NCBI GenBank assembly: GCA_963575745.1
Contig: CAUYUJ010000225.1
Location: 1,240,001 to 1,304,000, forward strand
Direction: 5' to 3'
DNA length: 64,000 nt
Source of the DNA: Prorocentrum cordatum
Taxonomy: Eukaryota
The stretch's first letter is position 1. Every line of letters begins with the position of its first letter. Positions 50,608 through 64,000 of this stretch are shown piece by piece. Under the pieces are notes generated by a model. That model worked only from the letters and a program-made list of their open reading frames with translations. It did not search any database and was not told the origin of the DNA. The position numbers were made by a program, and so were the translations under genes.

Positions 50608-51575
50608 TCTCAGCCTCAGCCTCAGCGCAAGTCACCCTCAGCCTCAGCCTCAGCCTCAGTCTGCCTTCAGCCTCGGCCTCAGCCTCAGCCTGCCTCAGCC
50701 TCACCCTGCCTCAGCCTCAGCCTCAGCCTGCCTTAGCATCAGCCTGCCTCAGCCTCAGCCTCAGGCTGCCTCTGCCTCAGCCTCAGCCTCAGCCTGCCTC
50801 AGCCTCAGCCTCAGCCTGCTTCAGCCTCAGCCTCAGTCTACCTTCAGCCTCGGCCTCAGCCTCAGCCTGCCTCAGCCTCAGCCTGCATCAGCCTCAGCCT
50901 CAGCCTCAGCCTGCCTTCAGCCTCAGCCTCAGCCTCTGCCTCAGCCTCAGCCTCGGCCTCAGCCTCATCCTGCCTCAGCCTCAGCCTGCCTCAGCCTCAG
51001 CCTCATCAGCCTGCCTCAGCCTCAGCCTCAGCCTGCCAGCCTCAGCCTCAGCTGCCTCAGCCTCAGCCTCAGCCTGCATCAGCCTCAGCCTCAGTCAGCT
51101 GCCTCGGCCTCAGCCTCGGCAGCCTCAGCCTCAGCCTCAGCCCTTCAGCCTCGGCATCAGCCTCAGCCTCAGCCTGCATCTCAGCCTCAGCCTCATGCCT
51201 CAGCATCAGCCTGCCTCAGCCTCTGCCTCAGCCTGCCTCAGCCTCAGCCTCAGCCTCAGCCTCAGCCTCAGCCTCAGCCTCTCAGCCTCAGCCTCAGCCT
51301 CAGCCTGCCTCAGCCTCAGCCTGGCCTCAGCCTCAGCCAGCCTGCCTCAGCTCAGCCTCAGCCTGCCTCAGCCTCAGCCTCAGCCTCAGCCTCAGCCTCA
51401 GCCTCAGTGCTGCCTCAGCCTCAGCCTCGGCCTCAGCCTCAGCCTGCCTCAGCCTCCTCAGCCTGCCTCAGCCTCAGCCAGCCTGCCTCAGCCTCAGCCT
51501 CAGCCTCAGCCTCAGCCTCAGCCTCAGCCTCCAGGCCTCAGCCTGCCTCAGCCTCAGCCTGCCTCAGCCTGCCTG
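50608..51575 (+). repeat. (CCTCAG)n hexamer satellite
   Basis: Direct reading. Confidence 0.97.
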
Positions 51576-51576
51576 C

Positions 51577-51925
51577 GGCATTCAAAATGTGCCGGGAATG
51601 GAGTTCTGGGAACTCGAAGAACACGAAGTGGCCTACAGTTGGCTCCGGGCATTCAAAATCATGCCCAGGAATGGAGCTCTGGGAACGCGAAGAACACGAA
51701 GTGGCCTACAGTTGGCTCTGGGCATTCAAAATCATGCCCAGGAATGGAGTTCTGGGAACTCGAAGACCACGAAGTGGCCTACAGTTTTGGCTCCAGGCAT
51801 TCAAAATCATGCTCAGGAATGGAGTTCTGGGAACTCGAAATACACGAAGTGGCCTACAGTTGGCTCCGGGCATTCAAAATCATGCCCAGGAATGGAGTTT
51901 TGGGAACTCGAAGACCACGAAGTGT
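51577..51925 (+). repeat. 73-bp tandem repeat, ~5 copies
   Basis: GGCATTCAAAATCATGCCCAGGAATGGAGTTCTGGGAACTCGAAGA.CACGAAGTGGCCTACAGTTGGCTC at 51577, 51648, 51721 etc. Confidence 0.95.
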
Positions 51926-52049
51926 GTTAGCGTTGGTCAAAAAATGAATCCCCGGTTTTCCGGGGCACCCGTCTGGATCCCGCCCAGACCCCCCTGGGGA
52001 GTCATGATGCTTTCTTTTGACCCTACTGGAAACCTATCAGTCTTCGCTG

Positions 52050-55000
52050 TTAGGTAAAAATCCATGCAAGGAGCGAGCGTGGCCAGGGCCAGCCCCATGT
52101 GGGAGAAAACGCACACTTTTGGGAAAAAACGCACTGTCACGACCCAGGGGACATCCAGCAATACATGAGGGAACGACGATTCCTCCTAGAAACGAACCGG
52201 CCCTGTGCGAAAGAGCACGAAGAAACGTAAGCAAAAACGGACAGGGCAAAAGGCTGGGTAGCCGGGACGGGCGAACATTGAAGGAGGAGGAAACGGGCGG
52301 GGGAGAGGAAACCCAAGTTGTGTTTGGAAACGAACCAACCCTTGGCAAATTGTGTATGCAGGGGGCCAGCAAACCAGGGTTCCCCGCAGAAACACGCCAG
52401 CTCTTCGCAAAAGTCCATGCAGGGGGCGAGCATGGCCAGGGCCAGCCCCATGCGGGAGAAACGCAAGCATTTGAGAGAAGCCGCGCCGTCAGGATCCAGG
52501 GGACATCCAACAAAACATGGGGGAACGACGGTTCCTTCTAGAAACAAGCCGGCCCTGTGCGAACGAGGGTAGCCGGGATGGGCGAACGCGGGAGGAGGAG
52601 AGGGGAAGCGGAGGGGAAACCCAGGTTGTGCCTAGAAACGAGCCAGCCCTCGGCAAATTGTGTATGCAGGGGGCGAACATACCAGCGAGCGTGGCCAGGG
52701 CCAGCCCCATGTGGGAGAAAACGCACACTTTTGGGAAAAGCCGCACTGTCACGACCCAGGGGACATCCAGCAATACATGAGGGAACGACGATTCCTCCTA
52801 GAAACAAACCGGCCCTGTGCGAAAGAGCACGAAGAAACGTAAGCAAAAACGGACAGGGCAAAAGGCTGGGTAGCCGGGACGGGCGAACATTGAAGGAGGA
52901 GGAAAAGGGCGGGGGAGAGGAAACCCAAGTTGTGTTTGGAAACGAACCAACCTTTGGCAAATTGTGTATGCAGGGGGCCAGCAAACCAGGGTTCCCCCCA
53001 GAAACACGCCAGCTCTTCGCAAAAGTCCATGCAGGGGGCGAGCACGGCCAGGGCCAGCCCCATGCGGGAGAAACGCAAGCATTTGAGAGAAGCCGCACCG
53101 TCAGGATCCAGGGGACATCCAACAAAACATGGGGGAACGACGGTTCCTTCTAGAAACAAGCCGGCCCTGTGCGAACGAGGGTAGCCGGGATGGGCGAACG
53201 CGGGAGGAGGAGAGGGGAAGCGGAGGGGAAACCCAGGTTGTGCCTAGAAACGAGCCAGCCCTCGGCAAATTGTGTATGCAGGGGGCGAACATACCAGCGA
53301 GCGTGGCCAGGGCCAGCCCCACGTGGGAGGAAACGCAAATTTGTGTGAAAAGCAGCACTGTCACGAACCAGGGGACATCCAGCAAAACATGAGGGAACGA
53401 CGGTTTCTCCTAGAAACAAGCTGCCCCTGTGCGAAAGAACTTGAAGAAACGTAAGCAAAAACGGACAGGGCAAAAGGCTGTGTAGCCGGGATGGGCGAAC
53501 ATGGACGGAGGCGGAAAGGGGAGGGGGAGGGGAAACCCACGTTGTGCTTGGAAACGAAGCAGCCTTGGGCAAATTGTCAATGCAGGGGGCCAGCATACCA
53601 GGGTTCCTCCTAGAAACACGCCAGCCCTTCGCAAAAGTCCATGCAAGGGTTGAGCATGGCCATGGCCAGCCCCATGTGGGAAAAAGCGCAAGCCTCTGGG
53701 AGAAACCGCGCTGTCACGAACCAGGGGGCCTCAAACAACACGTCGGGGAACGACGGTTCCTCCTAGAAACATGCCCGCACTGCGCGAAAGAGCATGCAGA
53801 AACGTAAACAAGCATGGACAAGCAAAAGGCTCGGTAGCCGGGGTGGGCCAACATGGAAAGAGGAAGAAAGGGGAAGGGGAGGGGAGGCCCAGGTTGTGCC
53901 TAGAAACGAACCAGCCCTCGGCAAATTGTGTATGCAGGGGGCGAGCAAACCAGGGCTTCTCTTAGAAACACGCCAGCCCTTCGCAAAACTCCATGCAGGG
54001 GGTGATCGTGGCCAGGGACAGCCCCATGTGGGAAAAACGCAAACCTCTGGGAGAAACTGCACTGTCGCGAAACAGAGGACATCCAACAACACATGGGGGA
54101 ACGACGGTTCCTCCTAGAAACAAGCCGGCCCTGTGCGAAAGAGCTTGAAGAAACGTAAACAAAAACAGGCAAAAGGCTGTGTAGCCGGGATGGGCGAACA
54201 TGGAAGGAGGAGGAGGGGGAGGGGGGAGGGGGAGGGGAAACCCTGGTTGTGTCTAGAAAAGAGCCAGCCCTCGGCAAATTGTGTATGCAGGGGGCGAGCA
54301 GACCAGGGTTCCTCCTAGAAACACGCCAGCCCTTCGCAAATATCCGCGCAAGGGGTGAGCATGGACAGGGCCAGCCCCGCGGGGGAGAAATCGCGAGCCT
54401 CTGGGAGAAGCCGCGATGTGACGAACCAATCCAACAAAACATGGGGGAACGACGGTTCCTTCCAGAAGCAAGCGACCCCTGCGCGAAAGAGCATGAAGAA
54501 ACGTAAACAAAAACGGACAAGCAAAAGGCTGGGTAGCCGGGGTGGGCCCACATGGAAGGAGGAGGAGGAGAAGGAGGAGGGGGAAGAGGAGGAGGAGGAG
54601 GAGGAGGAGGAGGAAAAGGAGGACGAGGAGGAGCAGGAGGACTGGGGAGGGGGAGGGGAAACTCAGGTCGCGCCTAGAAACGAGCCAGCCCTGGGCAAAT
54701 TGTGTATGCAGGGGGCGAGCACACCAGGGTTCCTCCTAGAAGCACGGCAACCATTCGCAAAAATCCTTGGAAGGAGCGAGCATGTCCAGGGCCAGCCCCA
54801 TGTGGGAGAAAACGCAAGATTCTGGGAAAAGCCGCACTGTCACGAACCAGGGGGCATCCAGCAAAACATGAGGGAACGACGGTTCCTCCTAGAAACAAGC
54901 GACCCCTGCGCGAAAGAACATGAAGAAACGTACACAAAAACAGACAAGCAAAAAGCTGGGTAACCGGGGTGGGCCCACATGGAAGGAGGAGGAGGAGGAG

Positions 55001-57718
55001 GAGGAGGAGGAGGAGGAGGAACAAGAGGAGGAGGAGGAGGAGGAGAAAGAGAAGGCGGAGGAGGAGGAGGAGGAGGAGGAGGAGGAGGAGGAGGAGGAGG
55101 AGGAGGAGGAGGAGTGGGGAGGGGGAGGGGGAACCCAGGTTGTGCCTAGAAACGAGCCAGCCCTGGGCAAATTGTGTATGCAGGGGGCGAGCACACCAGG
55201 GTTCCTCCTAGAAGCACGCCAACCATTCGCAAAAATCCTTGGAAGGAGCGAGCATGTCCAGGGCCAGCCCCATGTGGGAGAAAGCGCAAGATTGTGGGAA
55301 AAACCGCACTGTCACGAACCAGGGGACATCCAGCAAAACATGAGGGAACGACAGTTCCTCCTCCTAGAAACAAGCCGGCCATGTGCGAAAGAACACGAAG
55401 AGACGTTAGCAAAAACGGACAGGGCAAAAGGCGGGGTAGCCGGGACGGGCGAACATTGAAGGAGGAGGAAAATGGCGGGGGAGAGGAAGCCCAGGTTGTG
55501 TTTGGAAACGAACCAACCCTGGGCAAATTGTGTATGCAGGGGGCCAGCAAACCAGGGTCCCCCCCAGAAACACGCCAGCCCTTCGCAAAAGTCCATGCAG
55601 GGGGCGAGCATGGCCAGGGCCAGCCCCATGCGGGAGAAACGCAAGCATTTGAGAGAAGCCGCGCCGTCAGGATCCAAGGAACATCCAACAAAACATGGGG
55701 GAACGACGGTTCCTTCTAGAAACAAGCCGGCCCTGTGCGAACGAGGGTAGCCGGGATGGGCGAACGCGGGAAGAGGAGAGGGGAAGGGGAGGGGAAACCC
55801 AGGTTGTGCCTAGAAACGAGCCAGCCCTCGGCAAATTGTGTATGCAGGGGGCGAGCATACCAGCGTTCCTCCTAGAAGCACGCCAGCCCCTCGCAAAAAT
55901 CCACGCAAGGAGCGAGCATGCCCAGGGCCAGCCCCACGTGGGAGAAAGCGCAGGCCTCCGGGAAAAGCTGCACTGTCAGGATCGAGGGGTCGTCCAACAA
56001 AACATGAGGGAACGACGGTTCCTCCTAGAAACAAGCGCCCCCTGTGCGGATGAGCATGAAGAAACGTAAGCAAAAACGGGCAGGGCAAAAGGGTGGGTAG
56101 CCGGGAAGGGCGAACACGGAAGGAGGAGGAGGAGAAGGAGGAGGAGGAGGAGGAGGAGGAGGAGGAGGAGGAGGAGGAGGAGGAGGGGGGAAGGGGGGGG
56201 AGGCCAGGTTGTGCCAAGAAACGAGCCAGCCCTTGGCAAATTGCGTATGCAGGGGACGGCGAACCAGGGTTCCTCCTAGAAACACGCCAGCCATTCGTAG
56301 AAATCCAAGCAGGGGGCGAGCATACCTAGGGCCAGCCCCGTGCGGGAGAAAGCCCAAGCCTGTGAGCAGCGTGCCCTTGTGTTTGGGGCCTCTGGCGGCA
56401 GCCTGCTGGGGCCTCTGTGGGCAATGTGGTGGGGCCTCGGTGAGCGCGCTTGGGGCCTCTGTGGGCAGCGTGCTGGTGCCTTTGCGGGCGCGCTTGGGGC
56501 CTCTGCGGGCTGCGTCTGAGGCCTCTGTGGGCAGAGTGCTGGGGCCTTTGTGGGCGCGCTTGGGGCCTCTGTGGGCAATGTCTGGGGCCTCTGTGGGCAG
56601 CGTGCTGGGGCCTCTGTGGGCAGAGTGCTGGACCTCTGTGCGCGCTTGCGGCCTCTGTGGGCAATGTCTGGGGCCTCTGTGGGCAGCGTGCTGGGGCCTC
56701 TGTGGGCGGCGTGCTGGGGCCTCTGTGCGCGCTTGAGGCCTCTGTGGGCAGTGTCTGGGGCCTCTGTGGGCAGCGTGCTGGGGCCTCTGTGGGCGGCGTG
56801 CTGGGGCTTCTGTGCGCGCTTGGGGCCTCTGTGGGCAATGTCTGGGGCCTCTGTGGGCAGCGTGCTGGGGCCTCTGTCGGCAGCGTGCTGGGGCCTCTGT
56901 GGGCGAGCTGGGGGCCTCTGTGGGCTGTGTCCGGGGCCTCTGTGGGCCGCGTGCTGTCGCCTTTGCGGGCGCGCTTGGGGCCTCTGTGGGCGCGCATGGG
57001 GAGGCCCGCCGCCTGCCTTGATTTTTTCGAAAGGCAGGCGTATTTCTAGGAGGGGCTGGCAATATCGGGAAAGGGGCCATGGCTTTCCTTAGAACAGGCC
57101 AGCCCGACGCAAAATCTCACGCCATTGGGGAGTCCACACGAAACTGGCTTCCTTTGGGAGCAACGTGAACCCAAGGTTCCTCCTAGAAACCAGCCAGCCC
57201 TCCGCAAAGCCGCACGGACTACGAGGAAGAAGTGCGCGCGAAACCACTGTCCCAGAGGGAACAACATCGGGGGGGGCCGTACGTCCTCCTAGAAACAGAC
57301 CAGCCCTGTGCAAAACAGCACGTAATGGGAACGACAGGCCCACGCGAAACCCGGCACCCGCAAGGAGCAACGTGAACCCGGGGTTCCTCATTCAAAACGA
57401 GCCAGTCCTTCGCGAAAACGAACGGAATCCGAGGAAGAACTCTGCGCGGAACCGCCCTTCCAGAGGGAAACACGTCGGGGGAGGGGAACCCATGGTCCCT
57501 CCGGATAACAAACCGACCCAGCGCAAAACATCACGTAATTGAGAGGGGCCCACAGGAAAACACGTGGACCCAAGGTTCCCCCTAGAACATGGCAGTCCTA
57601 CGCGGGGCCGCACGGATTCCGAGGAAGAAATCCATGCGAGACCATCCTCCATGAGGGAGCAACGTAGGGGGGAGGAGCGCCCTGGCTCCTCTGAGAAACA
57701 GCCGGCCCTTCGCAAAAC
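52050..57718 (+). repeat. Complex ~250-370-bp satellite with a 612-bp higher-order duplication and variable (GAG)n slot; interrupted by a minisatellite
   Basis: TTCCTCCTAGAAAC and GGCAAATTGTGTATGCAGGGGGC recur throughout. AGCGAGCGTGGCCAGGGCCAGCCCCA lies at 52072, 52684 and 53296 (612-bp spacing). Confidence 0.93.
56385..57000 (+). repeat. 21-23-bp minisatellite GGGGCCTCTGTGGGCAGCGTGCT
   Basis: Direct reading. Confidence 0.94.
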
Positions 57719-58072
57719 CTCATGTCATTGGACCCATCGGTCCACGCGAGGGCGGCTTCCACAAGGAGCAAAGTGACCCAGGTAGCTCCGAGCAAGGATG
57801 TAGAAGGCCCCTCAGTGGGGGGCCGCGCTCGAAGACCCGCCTTGGGTGAGCGATGCTCTCCAAGATCCCCCAAGAGGCTTTCCAGAGACTCCGAGGGCCA
57901 GTCAAGAGTACCCCACGGCCGAAGACCCTGAAAACAGCCCCATAGGAACCCAACACCTCAACAGAAACGAAGGGCGCCCCAAGAGAGTCCCGAGGGAGCC
58001 CCAGCACAGGCACAATATCTATATATATATATGTGTGTGAGAGAGAGGGGACGATTGTGGTATCATGCGCGA

Positions 58073-58540
<468 letters not shown>

Positions 58541-60361
58541 TTACCGGACTCGCTGACCGGCACTGAACCATTTACCGGTTGACTGGTTGACCAATTGACC
58601 GGCTGACGGGCTGACCGGTTGACCGGCTGACCGGGTGACCAGCACGGAATTGTGACCGGATGACCGGGTGACCGGGCGACCGGAACCGGTTGACCGGCTG
58701 ACCGACTACCCGGCTGACCGGGTGACCGGATGACCGGTGACTGGTGACCGGGTGACCGGTGACCGCTTGACCGGGTGACCGGGTGACCGGGTGACCGGGT
58801 GACCGGGTGACCGGGTGACCGGGTGACCGGGTGACCGGTTGACCGGTTGACCGGCTGACCAGTTGACCGGCTGACCGGGTGACCGGCTGACCGGTTGACT
58901 GGCTGACCTCATGACCAAATTGACCGGGTGACCGGGTGACCGGGTGACCGGGTGACCGGCTGACCGGTTGACCGGTTGACCGGCTGACCGGTTGACCGGG
59001 TGACCGGGTGACCGGCTGACCGGTTGACCGGCTGACCTGCTGACCGGCTGACCAGGTTGACCGGTTGACTGGTTGACCTGTTGACCGGCTGACCGGCTGA
59101 CCGGTTGACCGGCTGACCGGCTGACCGGCTGACCGGGGCATGTATTCCACCATAATGCGCCGCTTCACGCCCCTCTCCACCGAAGGCTTCAGTTAACAAC
59201 GCCCACAGGGGAGGTGCCGTCCCAATTCGGCACGCCCATCTCGGGGGCGCGCAAACATGGATTAGCGATCCATGAAGTTGGCGCGCGGTCGCCAAATCCC
59301 ATGGATCGGGGGAGGTGCCGCCGAAATGCGGGACCCGACGCTAACCCACGCCCCCCTGATCTATGTCTGCGATCGCCTGACCATCACACGCTTCCTTGCC
59401 CCGTGGGGGGCCGTGGCAGCGCCCGCACGGCAGCGCCGCCCCATCCCGGCACACCGCCCGCGCGTCGCGTGGCCCCGCAAGGAAGTCCACCGGAGAGCCA
59501 AGTGGCGGCGCCCGCCAGGCGGTGCCCCGCCGATCTCGGTCCCCCATCGCGCGAGGCGTGGCCCTTTGTGGAAGCCCCCCCTCGTCTTCCCACCGGCCCT
59601 GCGGCAGTCACGCCTGCCTGTGGCAGGGTCCTTCGCCAGATCTGGTCCCGCTGGTGTTTGAAATGCTGTAGTGGTCTCATTCCGACGCTACAAGACGGCC
59701 CAAGAGGCCCCCCAAATCGGCCCGAGATGGCTAAAGATGCCCCCCAAAGAGCCTCAAGGAAACCCACGAAGGTCCCCAAGACTGCCCAAGAGGCCCCCCA
59801 AGAGGTGCCACAAAGAGGGAACATGAACCGGCAATTTGAGTTGGTCGCCCGGAGAAGCCCCTCAGGAGGTCCGAAGAGGTCCCCAACAGGTCCCCAACAG
59901 GTCCCAAGAGGCCCCCCCAAGGCCCTGAGAAGCCTTGAAGGAGACCCCCGAAACGCCCCAGGAGGCCCCCCCAAAAGCCCCAGCGTCGCTACGGCATCAT
60001 TGTTTGGCGTGCGGCTTTCCCCCTTTGTGGGGCCCGCCATGCCCCCGCTCTGCGGGCTCAATGCGGCGGGCCAATTGTGGCTCCTGGACGTGTTGGGTCC
60101 CTGAGAAGCCGCCGACCTGGTCGGCGTGCGAGAGGCCTTCCAGGAGACCCCCAGGACGCCCCAAGCGGCCCCGAAGACGCCCCGGCGCCGCCACGGCACG
60201 ATCCAGTGGCGTGCGGAGTGTACCCTCTGGGGGGCGCCGCCGTGCCCCCGCTCTGCGGGCCCAATTCGGCGGGCCCCCTGCGGGCCTTGGCCGCGCTGGG
60301 CTCCCGAGAAGCCGCCGACCTTGTCGCCGTGCGTGAGACGCTGTCCCGCTTGCTCCGTTCT

Positions 60362-60419
<58 letters not shown>

Positions 60420-60476
60420 TCGTCGTCGTCGTCTCGTCGTCGTCGCCGCCGTCGCCGCCGTCGCCGCCGCCGCCGC

Positions 60477-60525
<49 letters not shown>

Positions 60526-61932
60526 ATCACCGCTGTCGCCGCTGCCCTCCTCCTCGAGCTCGCCAACCAAAACAACAGAAGGTAAACAAAAACGCCAGAC
60601 TGGGAGGCTTGCTATGGCCCCGAGTAGGCGAACTGGAGCCCCAAAGGAAGCTCTCAGGGAGACAAACATCGCGAAACACGGTGGCGCCAATTCTCCTGGA
60701 GGCCCATTAGCGGCCGCCTATGGCTCAAGATGGCTCCAAGAAGATAGGCACAGACGGCCCAAGGCGGCTCCAAGATGGGCGAAGTTGGCTCCACGAAGCC
60801 CCGAAGACGCCCCAAGAGGGCTCCAAGAGGACCCCAAAGAGGACCCCCCCGAAACATAAATCATTGAGTTTCCGTTGGTGTTTGAAAGATGATCGCGTTC
60901 TCGCCTTTTCTAGCTTCCGACGCTCCAAGACGGGCCCAAGAGGCCCCTAGACCGCCCCAGCATGGCCCAAGAGGCTCCCAACAGTGCTCCACGAGGACCC
61001 CGAGGCGGCCCGAGAGGCCGCCCAGACGGCCTCAGATGACCCTAGGAAGGCCCCAAGAGGTGTCCCAGAGGGAGAACACGATACATACAGGCTCTTCACA
61101 CAGCATGCGCTCGGGGGGCGACGCTGGAAGGCGTCACAGGCTTCAGCCCAGACGATGCCGAAGTACACATGCATGACGAAAGCTGCCACCGTGACGGCAC
61201 CTGCGTAGGCATGAGAGTCGCGTGCCTTCTTGGATCCGCCCATGAGGTATCCTGAGGGGAGCGCATGCCAATTCCCAGTCAAACTACGCTGGTGCTTCAC
61301 ACTCACAGGCTCCCCTGATGCTTCCAATGTGTCGTCCCGAATCGACATGTTCAGATCGTCGCCCCAAGAAGCCCCCAGGAGGTCCCAAGAGGCCCCTACG
61401 AGGGCCCACGAGGCCTCCACGAGCGCCCCAGGAGCCAGGAAGGCCCCACGATAGCCCCAGAGTTACCACAACATGTTTCGCGGGCGCGCGGGATTTCCCC
61501 CCTGGAGGGCCTACCGTGTTTCCGCTATGCAGGCTGAATACATTGTGGTCAATTCCTTGGACCTCGCATGCATAATTCACGCTTCGCGTGGGCTTCTAAG
61601 ACGCTGGAGCACCCGTCAAGACCAATGGGGTTCCGAGGCATGTTAACACGAGCTCACGCGTCTGTACTTGCGCGAACGCGTTCTGCCTTCCTCTCTCGAG
61701 GAGGAAACGGCAGCGAGCGGGATATGTTTCATTTACATATATGTATACAAGATGTGAAGGCTCGCTGCGCTTCGCCTTCTAATCTTGATCCCTGCACCAA
61801 CGTGTCTCTAGTGACGCTGCGGTCCAGATCTTCGTCGTCGTAGTCGTCGTCGTCGTTGTCGTCGTTGTCGTCGTCTTAGTCGTGGGCTGTGGGGGGGGAG
61901 GCGGTGGGCTGCCGAGACGACAAGAAAACCGC

Positions 61933-62500
61933 GCATCAAGTTGTGGTTCCCCAGACCCTGGAAGCCTGTCGTGGGATCTCTTTGGGGCCCCCTAGGCGTG
62001 TCTTGGGGCCCCTCGGTGTCTCTGGGGAGCTTGGATGACAGTCTCTGGTTTGGGGCCTTTCAGAAGGCAGCGGAGGAGGAAGACAACGAACTTCGGAGGA
62101 GGAAAAGGAGCAGGAGGAGGACGAGCAGGAGGAAGCCTTGTCGTAGGCCCGTGGTGGGGTCTTCTTGGACCGTCCAGGAGCCTCGTGGGTGTTTGTGGGG
62201 AGCTGGTGACAGCAGTGTAGGGTCTGTGGTACTTTTTAGGTCCTCTCGAGATATCCATGGGCTCCTGAGACGACAGGAAGATTGCACATCAAATTGTGGT
62301 TCCCCGGACCCTGGCTGCCTGTCGTGGGCCCTCTTTGGGGCCTCTTTGGTTTGTCTTGGGGCCCTTGGGTGTCTCTGGGGAGCTGGTGATAACAGTCTCT
62401 GGTCTGGGGCCTTTCAGAAGGCAGCGGAGGAGGAAGACAACGAACTACAGGATGAGTAAGAGGAGCAGGAGGAGGAAGAGCAGGAGCAGGAGGAGGAGGA
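61933..62500 (+). repeat. ~353-bp-spaced direct duplication
   Basis: CATCAA.TTGTGGTTCCCC.GACCCTGG and GGGGCCTTTCAGAAGGCAGCGGAGGAGGAAGACAACGAACT each occur twice. Confidence 0.85.
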
Positions 62501-62823
62501 GGAGGAGGAGGGGGAGGAGGAGGAGGAGGAGGAGGAGGAGGAGGAGGGGGCGGAGACGGAGGAGCAGAGGGAGGAGGGGGAGAAGGGAGGGGCAGAGGGG
62601 AAGCAGAGAAAGGAGACGCATGAGCAGGAGGAGGAGGAGGAGGAGGAGGACGCTCCGGGCACGTGTGCGGTCCACTCTGCGGAGCATGGAAAAGCATCAA
62701 TGGAACTGCCGACTTCTGCGCCGCCGACTTCGTTCCTCAAACATGTTCCAGGTATCATCGGCGCCTCTTTCACTAAGCCGCTACCGTTGTGGATCGCATA
62801 CCTGCCCGAAGCGCAGGGAGGGA

Positions 62824-64000
<1,177 letters not shown>

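Noticed and set aside
51577..51925. Possible CRISPR array (73-bp period with internal palindromes)
   Set aside because: Whole units are near-identical, with no unique spacers and no cas genes. It is a plain tandem repeat.

Overview
Eukaryotic, GC-rich and extremely repetitive DNA with one 100-N assembly gap (32638-32737). It is most likely from a dinoflagellate, based on a spliced-leader relict and candidate GC-AG introns. Most of the window is microsatellite ((CAT)n, (CGT)n, (GAG)n, (TAG)n, (CCTCAG)n), mini/satellite arrays (8, ~28, 73, ~83, 90 and 612 bp units) and nested non-autonomous TIR/foldback elements, so nearly all ORFs in the track are spurious. Two protein-coding loci are recognisable. 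(1) An intact minus-strand P1B-2 (Zn/Cd-type) heavy-metal ATPase at 40206-43136 looks like a retrogene, with a relict dinoflagellate spliced leader 62 nt upstream of the ATG. It has been hit by two unrelated ~150-bp TIR transposons whose ends or target-site duplications create precise GT-AG and GC-AG splice sites (introner-like), and both insertions are also in frame and stop-free. (2) A decayed tyrosine-recombinase element at ~2690-4700 carries a C5 cytosine-methyltransferase remnant and split direct repeats (DIRS/Ngaro-like). Short non-repetitive islands with AG|G and AG|GY boundaries suggest one or more large, many-exon minus-strand genes threading through the repeats. These could not be modelled reliably by eye.
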